This document shows positions 8,349-17,443 of a DNA stretch of 32,000 nucleotides, in pieces. A program made the position numbers and the translations under genes. This DNA comes from Desulfobulbus propionicus DSM 2032 (GTDB taxonomy: Bacteria > Desulfobacterota > Desulfobulbia > Desulfobulbales > Desulfobulbaceae), in contig NC_014972.1 in the NCBI RefSeq assembly GCF_000186885.1, positions 330,001 through 362,000 of the forward strand, given 5' to 3'. The notes under the pieces are model-generated. The model was not told where the DNA came from. It saw nothing but the letters and a program-made list of their open reading frames with translations, and ran no database searches. The number at the start of each line of letters is the position of its first letter. Position 1 is the stretch's first letter.

Positions 8349-8856
8349 GAACATCAAGGCCGACATAGCCCGGCTCGGGGATGGCAAAGCATCCTGGCGC
8401 GCCTTGGCGCGCGGTCTGCTTTCCCAGGGATTTCAGGCGATTTTGGTGTACCGCTTTTTTCATTGGTTGCATACGCTCAACATACCTGCCCAACCTGTCC
8501 GCTTTCTGGTCGAACGGACAATCGAGATCACCACCGGGATCTCCATCCCTGCAAAATGTGACATTGGCAAAGGCCTGCGAATTCATCATTTTGGCGGAGT
8601 CATACTCCACCCCACCACCAGGCTGGGAGACAACTGCACCCTCTACCATCATGTCACCATCGGTGACCGCGGAGGGCACGGTGGCGCGGCCTCTATCGGC
8701 AACAATGTGATGATCGGTGCAGGTGCCAAGATCATTGGCGAAATTACCATTGGCGATGGATGCAAGATCGGCGCCAATGCGGTTGTCAACTGTGACATGC
8801 CCCCTGATTCTACCGCCACATCTCCGCCGATCATTTTGAAAAGACGTCAGGAATGA
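8341..8856 (+). CDS. Hexapeptide-repeat O-acetyltransferase (serine acetyltransferase/CysE-EpsC-like)
   Basis: The ATG at 8341 overlaps the asnB-like stop (ATGTTTGA). Left-handed beta-helix repeats are present: 'IHPTTRLGDNCTLYHHVTIG..IGNNVMIGAGAKIIGEITIGDGCKIGANAVV'. The upstream part of track ORF 8068.. is an alternative frame of the previous gene. Confidence 0.85.
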   Translation: MFENIKADIARLGDGKASWRALARGLLSQGFQAILVYRFFHWLHTLNIPAQPVRFLVERTIEITTGISIPAKCDIGKGLRIHHFGGVILHPTTRLGDNCTLYHHVTIGDRGGHGGAASIGNNVMIGAGAKIIGEITIGDGCKIGANAVVNCDMPPDSTATSPPIILKRRQE

Positions 8857-10055
8857 AAGCAAGAGGACAAGTATCGAGGAATGGCCTGCCGGTGCGGGTA
8901 CTGGACCTACGCGGCACCTACAAAGGAGGAGGTGGCCCGGACAAGACTATTCTCAATTCCGCAGTCTTACATGATCGGCAACGGGTCGATGTTTTGGTCT
9001 GCTATTTGAGGCAGCCCCAAGACACGGAGTTTCAGATTGCCGGCCAGGCTGCCAGGCTTAAGATCCGGTACCAGGATCTGGTCGATCGGTGTTTTCTTGA
9101 CCTGCAATGCGTACGAGAACTTGAGAGGCTAATTCGACGGGAACGGATCGAGGTGGTGCACACCCATGATGATAAAACCTCCCTATACGGCTATCTGCTC
9201 AAGCGGCGCATGCCCCGTCTTGCCCTGATGCACACCTGCCACTCCCACGCCGAATACGGCAGAGAGCATTTCCTTTCTTTCCATGCCTATCTCTCCTTTC
9301 TGCTTCGGAAGAAAATCATCATCCAGTTATTGAAACGGCACGCCAAACCAGTGCTGACCATCTCCGAAAACACCAAGACTCGTTTGGTGCGGGGAGGCCT
9401 CTCCGGCCAAGATGTCGCCGTGCTCTATAATGGTATCGATACCTCCTTTTGGTCCCGACAGTCCGTTACCCCGGTTCTGCGCCGGGAGTTGGGCATCGAT
9501 GCCCCCTGTCTCCTGGTTGGAACCGTTGCGCGTATTACCTATGACAAGGATCTGCCTACTTTTTATGAGGTGGCTCGCCGGGTGCAAGAGAGGCTGCCGG
9601 CAATCCGTTTCGTGATCGTCGGTGACGGCTATGGCAATGAGTTGGCCGAGGCCCGCCAACAGGTCGATGCCCTGGGCTTGAGCGGACTGATCACCTTTAC
9701 CGGTCATCGGCAGGATCTGAAAGAAGTGTACGCCTCCTTGGATCTCTTTCTGATGACCTCGCGGACGGAAGGCTTGCCCAATACGGTACTCGAAGCCATG
9801 GCCATGAAAGTTCCTGTTGTGGCCACCAATGTGGGGGGGGTACCGGAATTGGTACAGGATCAAGTGACTGGCCTGCTCGCTGGCGCTGGGGATGTCGCCT
9901 CCTTGAGCGGGGCAGTGCTCGACCTGCTCCAGGACAGCAATAGGCGTCAGGTATACGCCGCAGCCGGCCGGCAGCGTATAATGCAATCTTTTGATTTCCT
10001 ACAAAGGGTCCGCGCGATGGAAGATTTCTATGCCCAGTTTACCTGTTGCCGTTGA
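8853..10055 (+). CDS. Glycosyltransferase, GT-B fold (GT4 family)
   Basis: The start forms an ATGA overlap with the previous stop. The EX7E region reads 'SRTEGLPNTVLEAMAMKVPVVATNVGGVPELV'. Confidence 0.9.
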   Translation: MKARGQVSRNGLPVRVLDLRGTYKGGGGPDKTILNSAVLHDRQRVDVLVCYLRQPQDTEFQIAGQAARLKIRYQDLVDRCFLDLQCVRELERLIRRERIEVVHTHDDKTSLYGYLLKRRMPRLALMHTCHSHAEYGREHFLSFHAYLSFLLRKKIIIQLLKRHAKPVLTISENTKTRLVRGGLSGQDVAVLYNGIDTSFWSRQSVTPVLRRELGIDAPCLLVGTVARITYDKDLPTFYEVARRVQERLPAIRFVIVGDGYGNELAEARQQVDALGLSGLITFTGHRQDLKEVYASLDLFLMTSRTEGLPNTVLEAMAMKVPVVATNVGGVPELVQDQVTGLLAGAGDVASLSGAVLDLLQDSNRRQVYAAAGRQRIMQSFDFLQRVRAMEDFYAQFTCCR

Positions 10056-11040
10056 CGCGAGTGCTGGAAAAAGAGTTTGGATAAGCTGGAATAGGCAGCG
10101 GCGCAATATCGGCCTGGCCCGCTCGGTCAACGCCACACTATACATGTCGGAACTCCGGTTGCCCCGGTGCTTCCGCCTTGTGGCGGAGTGCTTCAACTCG
10201 TGGATGATTATCCTGCGCGAAAAGCCTGATATCTGTTTTGTGATGAACCCCTCCATTTTTGCAAGCTGGTGGATGGCACGATTGAAAAAAGTCTACGGAT
10301 TTGTCCTGGTTACTGACCTGCACACCGTCAATATCCGCCTTGAGGGGCTTGACGAGAAAATTTTTTTATATTTTTTCAGAAAGGGACTTCGTGGCTCAGA
10401 TGTGGTCATTGTTACCAATCCATTGTATCGTCAAGAAATCTTGCCGTTCAATCAACAGGTCGTCTGCATTCCCGATCAACTCCCCCGATTGCTGTCAGGA
10501 TCGGTGTGTGCGAAGGGACTTGTGGCCGAGGGCAAAGGACAGGTTCCCCTCCTGGTGGTCAGTTCCTTTGCCGAGGATGAGCCCCTCGATGAATTGGTTT
10601 CCCTGGACAACGAACTCTCTCCGTTTCACCTCTACATCACAGGAAACTGGAAAAAAAGATATAAAACCCCTCCAACCACACGCCATATTACTTTTCTTGG
10701 CTATGTGGCCGATGACGTCTACGATGAACTGTTGCATACCGTTGATGGCATCATTGTTCTGACCACCGTCGAGGGCTGCCTGTGTTGTGGTGCCTATGAG
10801 GCGCTTGCCGCCGAAAAACCTTTGATCTTGTCAAGCACTAGGGCCTTGCAGGATTTTTTTGAAGATGGACCGATTTACACGGAACACGAACCTGCGGCTC
10901 TGATGGCGGCGATAAAGCAACTTGGCCGGGAAAAGACGGAACGACGACAGAAGATGATTGCTTTGAAGGCAAACATTCAGCGTAAATTCGATCAGAGTGT
11001 TGCTCAGCTTGAAGAATTGCTCTGTAAATCATTTTGTTAG
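10030..11040 (+). CDS. Divergent GT-B-like glycosyltransferase
   Basis: The ATG at 10030 is in frame with track ORF 9991.. . The C-terminal half 'ITFLGYVADDVYDELLHTVDGIIVLTTVEGCLCCGAYEALAAEKPLILSS' resembles the donor-binding half of GT1/GT4 enzymes. The N-terminal half is not recognisable. Confidence 0.55.
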   Translation: MPSLPVAVDASAGKRVWISWNRQRRNIGLARSVNATLYMSELRLPRCFRLVAECFNSWMIILREKPDICFVMNPSIFASWWMARLKKVYGFVLVTDLHTVNIRLEGLDEKIFLYFFRKGLRGSDVVIVTNPLYRQEILPFNQQVVCIPDQLPRLLSGSVCAKGLVAEGKGQVPLLVVSSFAEDEPLDELVSLDNELSPFHLYITGNWKKRYKTPPTTRHITFLGYVADDVYDELLHTVDGIIVLTTVEGCLCCGAYEALAAEKPLILSSTRALQDFFEDGPIYTEHEPAALMAAIKQLGREKTERRQKMIALKANIQRKFDQSVAQLEELLCKSFC

Positions 11041-11047
11041 GACATAG

Positions 11048-12184
11048 ATGCGCGCAAACAAAAAAATTCATATCCTCCATGTTGTGCTGACCCTTGATAT
11101 CGGCGGGCTGGAATCGCTAGTGATGGCGATGTCCAGGCGCATTGACAAAAAAAAATTCACTGTTTCTGTGCTCTGCCTGCAATATGTTGATTCGCAATAT
11201 AAAAATGAGATGGAGCGGGGTGGCATTCCAGTTTATTTGATAAAAAAAAAGGGGAAGTTCGATTTTTCTTTTATTGCGAAAATTAGAAAACTGCTCAAGG
11301 AACAACAAGTTGATGTCTTGCATTCCCACAGCGGCTGTTTCTTCAATGCTGCCTTGGCCTCACTTTTTACCGGCGTTGCCGGTGTGATCTACACGGCGCA
11401 TGGCATGCCAGTCGAGTATGGGATTAAGGCCTCTCTTGAAAATGCTATCGCCGCTTGCTTGACCACCAAACTGGTGGCGGTCTCGGAAGAGATTAAAATC
11501 CACCTAGAAAGCTGTTATCCATTTGCCCGGCGCAAGATCGAACTGATCATCAATGGGGTGGATACGGAGAAATTCAAACCTGTTAGCGATGAAGGCGATG
11601 CAGCCTCGATCAGGAAACAGCATGGCATCCCATTGAATGCCCTAGTGGTCGGATCTGTCGGTAGATTGGAACCGGTAAAAAACTATCAGATGCTTGTGCG
11701 ATCGTTTGCATTAGCCAATCACAATGCGCAAAAGCCGCTCCACCTCGTTTTTATCGGTGACGGCGGTGAGCAGAATACACTTGTCAATTTGAGCAGAGAA
11801 CTAGGCTTAGAGGGAAATGTGAGTTTTCTTGGCATGCAGTATAATCTCCATCTTCTGGTCCCCATGCTCGATATCTTTGTGTTGAGTTCTTTATCGGAGG
11901 GTACATCCATCTCTCTGCTTGAAAGTCAGTCGGCAGGCATTCCGGCGGTGGTCACCAATGTCGGGGGCAATAATAAGATCATCGAGGATGGGTATAATGG
12001 CTTTCTTTGTGAAGTGAATGACATCAACGCCATGGCCAGTGAAATCGAGCTCATGGCAAAGGATGATATGCTGCGCCACCGCATGGGCCGCAGCAGCCGC
12101 CATGTGGTGGAGGAAAAGTTCAGTCTGAAACATATGATGGGTTTGTATGAAGAACACTATGTTGCTTTACACCAGTCTCACTGA
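11048..12184 (+). CDS. Glycosyltransferase, GT-B fold (GT4 family)
   Basis: It has 'LDIGGLESLV' at the N-terminus and the EX7E region 'SSLSEGTSISLLESQSAGIPAVVTNVGGNNKIIEDGYNGFL'. Confidence 0.9.
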   Translation: MRANKKIHILHVVLTLDIGGLESLVMAMSRRIDKKKFTVSVLCLQYVDSQYKNEMERGGIPVYLIKKKGKFDFSFIAKIRKLLKEQQVDVLHSHSGCFFNAALASLFTGVAGVIYTAHGMPVEYGIKASLENAIAACLTTKLVAVSEEIKIHLESCYPFARRKIELIINGVDTEKFKPVSDEGDAASIRKQHGIPLNALVVGSVGRLEPVKNYQMLVRSFALANHNAQKPLHLVFIGDGGEQNTLVNLSRELGLEGNVSFLGMQYNLHLLVPMLDIFVLSSLSEGTSISLLESQSAGIPAVVTNVGGNNKIIEDGYNGFLCEVNDINAMASEIELMAKDDMLRHRMGRSSRHVVEEKFSLKHMMGLYEEHYVALHQSH

Positions 12185-12222
12185 CAAATAGACCGGCGAG
12201 CAAGGACAATCAGCTCTAAACC

Positions 12223-13305
12223 ATGCTGCGAATCGAAACAATTACCAATATAGAAGATTTTGGCCGTATCCGTGAGATGTGGAATGAATTTATTCGACAC
12301 TATTTTCCCTGGGCCTACTTTTTCGATCATGATTGGCTGGTCAAGTGGATCCGGGCCTATCTTCAGGAACCACGTATTTTCGTTTTTCTGGTCTACGATG
12401 GGCAGACCCTGATTGGAGCTGTGCCCCTGTATATCGGTAAAGAGAATTTCAGCGGTTTTCCAATCTCCCGTCTCGCCCTGCTTGGCATGGGATACGGCGT
12501 TGAAGACCTGCCCATCGCTGGTCGGCACCAGGAAGTACTGGACCTGCTGTTCGCCACGATCAACAAAACATTCCGCTGGCATCTTGCCAATTTTTCCCGT
12601 TTTACTCCTGAATTCGCAAACTCCATTGCCGGGATTGCGCACAATCGAAATATCCACATCGAGGAACGGGATATTGTTAATCCGGTCGTTCGCATCGAAG
12701 GGACCTATGCAGACTACTTTTCCGGGCGTTCCAAAAATTTTCGGGCAAATGTCCGTAAAAAAACCAACCGAATCAATTCCTGGGGCAAAATGACCGTGGT
12801 GCACAACGACACTTCGGATCTCGCCGCCCTGATCGGCAAGGTCGAGGCGATAGGCAAGGAGAGTTGGCAGGGGGAAAAAGGGGTGAATCTGGCTGCCAGC
12901 GAACAAGGCCGCCGCTTCCTCCATGACATGGTGGTCAATTTCCATGCGCGCGGCATTCTCGACATCTCCTTTATCGAGCTTAACGGCATTCCCATCGCCT
13001 ATCTGTTGGGAGCCGTGCTGGACAAAACCTGTTTTGCCATTGAGACCGCCTACCTGACGAAATACTTCGATGCCTCGCCCGGCATGCTTCTCCATCTCTA
13101 TGTTCTGGAGCGACTTTTTGACGAGAAAAAGGTCAATCTGATCGATTTCGGGTATGACGCAGCGTACAAAAGAAAATGGACCGATGATAACCGTCCGGAA
13201 AAACAGCTCATTCTCTATAACAATGCTCTCTATCCAAAACTTATCAGAGCAGTGCGCAACAGTTCTCTCTATGAAAAACTTCAGAACCTGAAAAAAGACA
13301 GATGA
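12223..13305 (+). CDS. GNAT-fold acyltransferase, CelD/BioF2-like (FemAB-related)
   Basis: 360 aa. The size and the C-terminal block 'GIPIAYLLGAVLDKTCFAIETAYLTKYFDASPGMLLHLYVLERLFDEKKVNLIDFG' resemble the CelD/BioF2-like acetyltransferase domain. The assignment is from recall, not from a search. Confidence 0.6.
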   Translation: MLRIETITNIEDFGRIREMWNEFIRHYFPWAYFFDHDWLVKWIRAYLQEPRIFVFLVYDGQTLIGAVPLYIGKENFSGFPISRLALLGMGYGVEDLPIAGRHQEVLDLLFATINKTFRWHLANFSRFTPEFANSIAGIAHNRNIHIEERDIVNPVVRIEGTYADYFSGRSKNFRANVRKKTNRINSWGKMTVVHNDTSDLAALIGKVEAIGKESWQGEKGVNLAASEQGRRFLHDMVVNFHARGILDISFIELNGIPIAYLLGAVLDKTCFAIETAYLTKYFDASPGMLLHLYVLERLFDEKKVNLIDFGYDAAYKRKWTDDNRPEKQLILYNNALYPKLIRAVRNSSLYEKLQNLKKDR

Positions 13306-13973
13306 CCACCCTGCTCTGCACCGACCTCGACGGTCCGATCATCAACTGTGAAGAACGCTATCATCGCGTGTATTGTGACTGTGTCCGAGAGTTCGGCGGC
13401 AACGCCTTGGAGCAACCCAAATATTGGAGTCTGAAACGGCAGCGGGTCAAGGAGGCGGATATTCTTCGTCTCAGCGGGGTGGATGAGAGTGGTCTTGAGC
13501 CGTGTAATGCCCTGCGAATTGCCCGGATCGAACAAAATGAATACCTTGCTGTCGATACCCTGCAAGAGGATATTTTTGCCATCCTTGCCGGTCTGCGCCC
13601 CTTCTTTTCCGGTTTGTTCTGCATCACCCTGCGAAGAAACGAAACCGCCTTACGAGAACAGCTCCGCAGCCTGGGGATTGACAGATGTTTTGATGCCGTG
13701 TTGACTGGCTACAACGAAACCGAGCCAGGATGGAAGATCAAGGCCGATCTTCTCCGTCGTCACATCGGCATGACGGCAAGAATCGACGGCGGCTGGTTTG
13801 TCGGGGATACGGAAACTGATCTGCTGGCCGGTCGTGCATTGGGGCTGCAGACCGCGGCGATGATCAATGGTATCCGGACAGAAGAGTACCTCCGGAGCCG
13901 CACACCTGATCTTGTCGTCGCATCCTTGCAAGAATTCGCCGAGCATGTGCGAGCGGGAGCGACCTACCTATGA
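13302..13973 (+). CDS. HAD-superfamily phosphatase
   Basis: The start forms an ATGA overlap. HAD motif I is 'CTDLDGPI' and motif IV is 'VGDTETDLLAG'. Confidence 0.8.
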   Translation: MTTLLCTDLDGPIINCEERYHRVYCDCVREFGGNALEQPKYWSLKRQRVKEADILRLSGVDESGLEPCNALRIARIEQNEYLAVDTLQEDIFAILAGLRPFFSGLFCITLRRNETALREQLRSLGIDRCFDAVLTGYNETEPGWKIKADLLRRHIGMTARIDGGWFVGDTETDLLAGRALGLQTAAMINGIRTEEYLRSRTPDLVVASLQEFAEHVRAGATYL

Positions 13974-15100
13974 ACATCAAATTCGTTAACTTGCGGCGGC
14001 AATATCTTAGCCTGAAAGACGAAATCGATGGGGCTTTACGCAGGGTCATCGAGAACAGCGCCTTTATCGGGGGCGAGGAGGTCAGCCGGTTCGAGGAAAA
14101 TTTCGCGGCTGCCTGCGGTACACGATTCTGTGTCGGGGTAGGAAACGGCACAGATGCCCTCTTCATTGCTCTCAAGGCCATGGGCGTCGGGCAGGGCGAT
14201 GAAGTGGCCACTGTGGCCAATTCCTATTTCGCCACTTCGGAAGCGATTGTCATGGCCGGAGCACGGCCCGTTTTTGTCGACTGTGATCCGGTCACCTTTA
14301 CCATGGATGTGCAAAAACTTGCCGCATGCCTGAAAGAACGCATTGAGGTGAAAAAGAAAAGGGTCAAGGCTATATTGCCGGTCCACCTTTATGGCCGAAT
14401 GGCTGCAATGGACCCGATCCTGGATCTTGCCCGGCATTATGGCTTGCGCGTGATTGAAGATTGCGCTCAAGCCCATTTGGCCGAATATCGTGGGAAAAAA
14501 GCAGGAAGCCTTGGCGATGCCGGCTGTTTCAGCTTCTACCCCAGTAAAAACCTCGGGGCCTTCGGCGATGCCGGCGCGATAACAACCAACGACCCCGTTC
14601 TGGCGGCGGATATGCGCATGTTCGCCAACCATGGCCAGGCCTCGCGTTACGATCACAGGATGGCCGGAATCAACAGCAGGCTGGATGGATTGCAGGCAGC
14701 GGTGCTTAACGTCAAGCTGCCCTTTTTGCTCCAATGGAGCAAATCCCGGCGCACGCAGGCCATGCTTTATCATCGTCTGTTGGGCGATATTGATGGCCTG
14801 TTGCTGCCGGACATTCCTTCGGACGGCTCTCATGTGATGCATCTCTATGTCGTTCGGGTACAGCATCGTGAACAGGTTATGGCTCGGCTTGCCGAGGAGG
14901 GTATTCCCACTGTTGTCCATTATCCGACCGCATTGCCGAATCTTCCTGCCCATGCCGATCTCGGATATACACCGGACGATTTCCCGGTTGCCTCTCTTCT
15001 GGCACGAGAAGTATTGAGCCTGCCCATGTATCCGGAATTGAAAGAACTTGAAATCGTTGCCGTTTGTGACGCTCTTCGCTTCATTTACAATGAAGGATAG
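13970..15100 (+). CDS. DegT/DnrJ/EryC1/StrS (ArnB-like) PLP-dependent sugar aminotransferase
   Basis: The start forms an ATGA overlap. Motifs are 'GNGTDALFIALKA' and 'FSFYPSKNLGAFGDAGAITTND' (Schiff-base Lys). The product is 376 aa. Confidence 0.9.
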   Translation: MNIKFVNLRRQYLSLKDEIDGALRRVIENSAFIGGEEVSRFEENFAAACGTRFCVGVGNGTDALFIALKAMGVGQGDEVATVANSYFATSEAIVMAGARPVFVDCDPVTFTMDVQKLAACLKERIEVKKKRVKAILPVHLYGRMAAMDPILDLARHYGLRVIEDCAQAHLAEYRGKKAGSLGDAGCFSFYPSKNLGAFGDAGAITTNDPVLAADMRMFANHGQASRYDHRMAGINSRLDGLQAAVLNVKLPFLLQWSKSRRTQAMLYHRLLGDIDGLLLPDIPSDGSHVMHLYVVRVQHREQVMARLAEEGIPTVVHYPTALPNLPAHADLGYTPDDFPVASLLAREVLSLPMYPELKELEIVAVCDALRFIYNEG

Positions 15101-15170
15101 CGAACAATTCTTGACCGGATGAAAAAATCAAAACGGTTTTCGGAAGCGAAGCCGGACATTTGCCGGCCGC

Positions 15171-16157
15171 ATGGAGAGAGGAATGAATGTTGATAATCTG
15201 ATATCTGTGGTGGCGGTAGTCAGGAATCATGCCGACATAATCAAGGAATTTATTGACGACTTGACCGAAACTTTAAGCCGGTTCTACTCCAATTACGAAA
15301 TCGTGCTGGTCGATAACGGCTCCACTGATTCCACGGTAGAAAAGATCCAGGGGCTGCAGAAAGAGGTGCGTAATGTTCGACTGATCGTTCTTTCCCGCCA
15401 GTACAGTGAGGAAATTACATACATTGCAGCGCTGGAAAATTGTATTGGGGATTTCGTGACCCTGATTGATCCCTGTTTCGATCCTCCACAACAGATTCCC
15501 CAGATGATCGCCAAGTCGCAATCCGGCTACGATGTGGTCATTGCCGAAAGTAAAGGTGATGCGGATAAAGGTATTATCGATCGAGTGGGGTCGAAGATTT
15601 TTTTCATGATAAGCAAATATCTGACTGGTTACGATGTCTCCCCAAGTTTCTCAAAGTTCATTGTGCTCAGTCGCCGGGCAGTCAATTCCATCACTCGAAT
15701 CAAAGACCGTAACCGCTATCTCAAGTTTTTACTGTTGGAAATAGGCTTCAAGCGGATTTCGATTCCCAGCTCATCGATCAACCGCCGATATTATAGACCC
15801 AACCAGAATTATTTCAGTGCGTTTGCCTTTGCCATCGAGGCGATCGTCTCCAATTCAGAAAAACTGATCAGGCTGGCTGCACTCACCGGTTTTTTTGCCG
15901 GCCTGCTCAATCTTTGCTATGTCCTCTACGTGCTGGTCGGCTATCTCCTCTATCATAATCAGATCGCCGCAGGGTGGACATCGACGCAGGTGGTCGGTTC
16001 CACGATGTGGTTTCTTCTCTTTTTGATCCTGGCGATTATAGGAGAATATCTGGCGAGAGTATTGCGGGCTACTCGAGGAGGTGATCTCTATTACATCGCC
16101 GACGAGTCGAACAGTTCGGTCTGTCCCTCTGATATCGAGAGAAAAAATGTCATCTGA
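15171..16157 (+). CDS. Family-2 glycosyltransferase with two C-terminal TM helices (ArnC/GtrB polyprenyl-phosphate glycosyltransferase architecture)
   Basis: GT2 motifs are 'ISVVAVVRNH' and 'EIVLVDNGSTDST'. Two C-terminal hydrophobic helices are 'LAALTGFFAGLLNLCYVLYVLVGYLL' and 'MWFLLFLILAIIGEYLA'. The true start may be the ATG at 15183, which is preceded by GGAGAGAGG. Confidence 0.8.
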   Translation: MERGMNVDNLISVVAVVRNHADIIKEFIDDLTETLSRFYSNYEIVLVDNGSTDSTVEKIQGLQKEVRNVRLIVLSRQYSEEITYIAALENCIGDFVTLIDPCFDPPQQIPQMIAKSQSGYDVVIAESKGDADKGIIDRVGSKIFFMISKYLTGYDVSPSFSKFIVLSRRAVNSITRIKDRNRYLKFLLLEIGFKRISIPSSSINRRYYRPNQNYFSAFAFAIEAIVSNSEKLIRLAALTGFFAGLLNLCYVLYVLVGYLLYHNQIAAGWTSTQVVGSTMWFLLFLILAIIGEYLARVLRATRGGDLYYIADESNSSVCPSDIERKNVI

Positions 16158-17352
16158 ATCGGGGACAGAAAGCCGCTTTGACGCAATAATCATCGGTGGC
16201 GGATTCTACGGCTGTTGTATTGCCTTGGTCCTCCGAAATTTCTGCGACAGGATTCTTCTTGTCGACAAAGAAAAAGACCTGCTGCTGCGAGCCTCGGCAA
16301 TCAACCAGGCCAGGGTGCACACCGGCTATCACTATCCCCGGAGTTTGGTAACGGCAATCAGGTCATTTGTCAACTTCCCTCGTTTTCTCCTTGATTTCAA
16401 AGGATGCATTTATGATGAATTCGTGAAGCTGTACGCCATTGCGCGACGGGGATCAAAGGTAAACGCCTTTCAGTTTCATGAAACGTTTAAAAGAATCGGT
16501 GCCCCCATAGAGATCGCTCCGGTGCGATATACAAAATTGTTCAACGCCGATACGATCGAAGAGGTTTTCCTGGTTCGGGAAGTGGCATTTGATGCCGCCA
16601 AGTTACGGGAGATTCTTCGCGAACGATTGGACAGGGCTGGGATCGAACTCAGCATGGAGACAGAGGTCCACAAAGTGGCTGGAAACCAAGAGGGCTTCGT
16701 CGATATCCTGCTCTCCAATGGTCTGCGGTTCACGGCTGGCAAGGTCTTTAACTGCACATACTCCCGGATCAATACACTGTTGAAAAATTCAGGCCTCCCT
16801 CTGTTGTCCCTGAAACACGAATTGACAGAAATGCCGCTGGTGGAGATGCCAGAGGAACTGAAAAATGTGGGCATCACCGTCATGGATGGGCCTTTTTTTT
16901 CCTTGATGCCCTACCCTTCGCTGAACCTGCATTCCTTTCCCCACGTACGCTATACGCCCCATTACGAGTGGCGCGACATGGAACAATGCATTGATGGTCA
17001 TCAATTATTACGTACGGCTGACCTGAAAACCCATTTTCCCTTCATGGTCAAGGATGCGGCCCGCTATATGCCGCTGATCGGCGAAGTCAGGTATAAAAAG
17101 TCCCTTTTTGAGGTGAAAACCGTCCTTGTTCAAAACGAAATTGATGATGGGCGACCAATTCTGTTCCGCAGGGATCATGGTCTGAAAAATTTTTCAACCG
17201 TCATGGGCGGAAAAATTGACAACATTTACGATGTTCTTGAAATGATAGGTGAAATCAAGGAGTACGCCGGATATTCTCCTAAGGGTTTGCTGCGCTATCT
17301 GAAAAATGATGGCCTCGTAAAAAGTCAGAAATCCGGAAATCACGTATCGTGA
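16147..17352 (+). CDS. FAD-dependent oxidoreductase (DAO/amine-oxidase-like)
   Basis: The ATG at 16147 is in frame with track ORF 16081.. and overlaps the GT2 end by 11 nt. The dinucleotide-binding motif is 'FDAIIIGGGFYGCCIALVL', followed by 'VDKE'. Confidence 0.75.
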   Translation: MSSESGTESRFDAIIIGGGFYGCCIALVLRNFCDRILLVDKEKDLLLRASAINQARVHTGYHYPRSLVTAIRSFVNFPRFLLDFKGCIYDEFVKLYAIARRGSKVNAFQFHETFKRIGAPIEIAPVRYTKLFNADTIEEVFLVREVAFDAAKLREILRERLDRAGIELSMETEVHKVAGNQEGFVDILLSNGLRFTAGKVFNCTYSRINTLLKNSGLPLLSLKHELTEMPLVEMPEELKNVGITVMDGPFFSLMPYPSLNLHSFPHVRYTPHYEWRDMEQCIDGHQLLRTADLKTHFPFMVKDAARYMPLIGEVRYKKSLFEVKTVLVQNEIDDGRPILFRRDHGLKNFSTVMGGKIDNIYDVLEMIGEIKEYAGYSPKGLLRYLKNDGLVKSQKSGNHVS

Positions 17353-17443
17353 AACCAGCGCGTTACGAAGCTCGAAACGTCGTTGTTGCAGTCTTTGGCG
17401 AGAACGACAACCTCGACAACCAGAACCGACAGGAAAGACTCCA

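Noticed and set aside
2893-11250. A9 homopolymers in GT genes (2893-2901, 11147-11155, 11242-11250) as possible phase-variation tracts
   Set aside because: All are in frame and encode Lys runs. A8-A9 runs are frequent throughout the window (for example near 4089, 6851 and 8048), so they look like background composition rather than contingency loci.
12178-13095. 305-aa minus-strand ORF opposite the GNAT-fold gene, and similar ones at 14036..14953, 9327..9986, 8227..8862, 24060..24599 and 25282..25836
   Set aside because: All lie antisense to plus-strand genes with strong family motifs and tight operon spacing. Their translations show no motifs and have the composition typical of antisense frames.
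15119-15193. 24-codon ORF (MKKSKRFSEAKPDICRPHGERNEC) in the gap before the TM-anchored GT2
   Set aside because: It is too short and featureless to support, and it overlaps the GT2 start region. It could only be tested by ribosome profiling.
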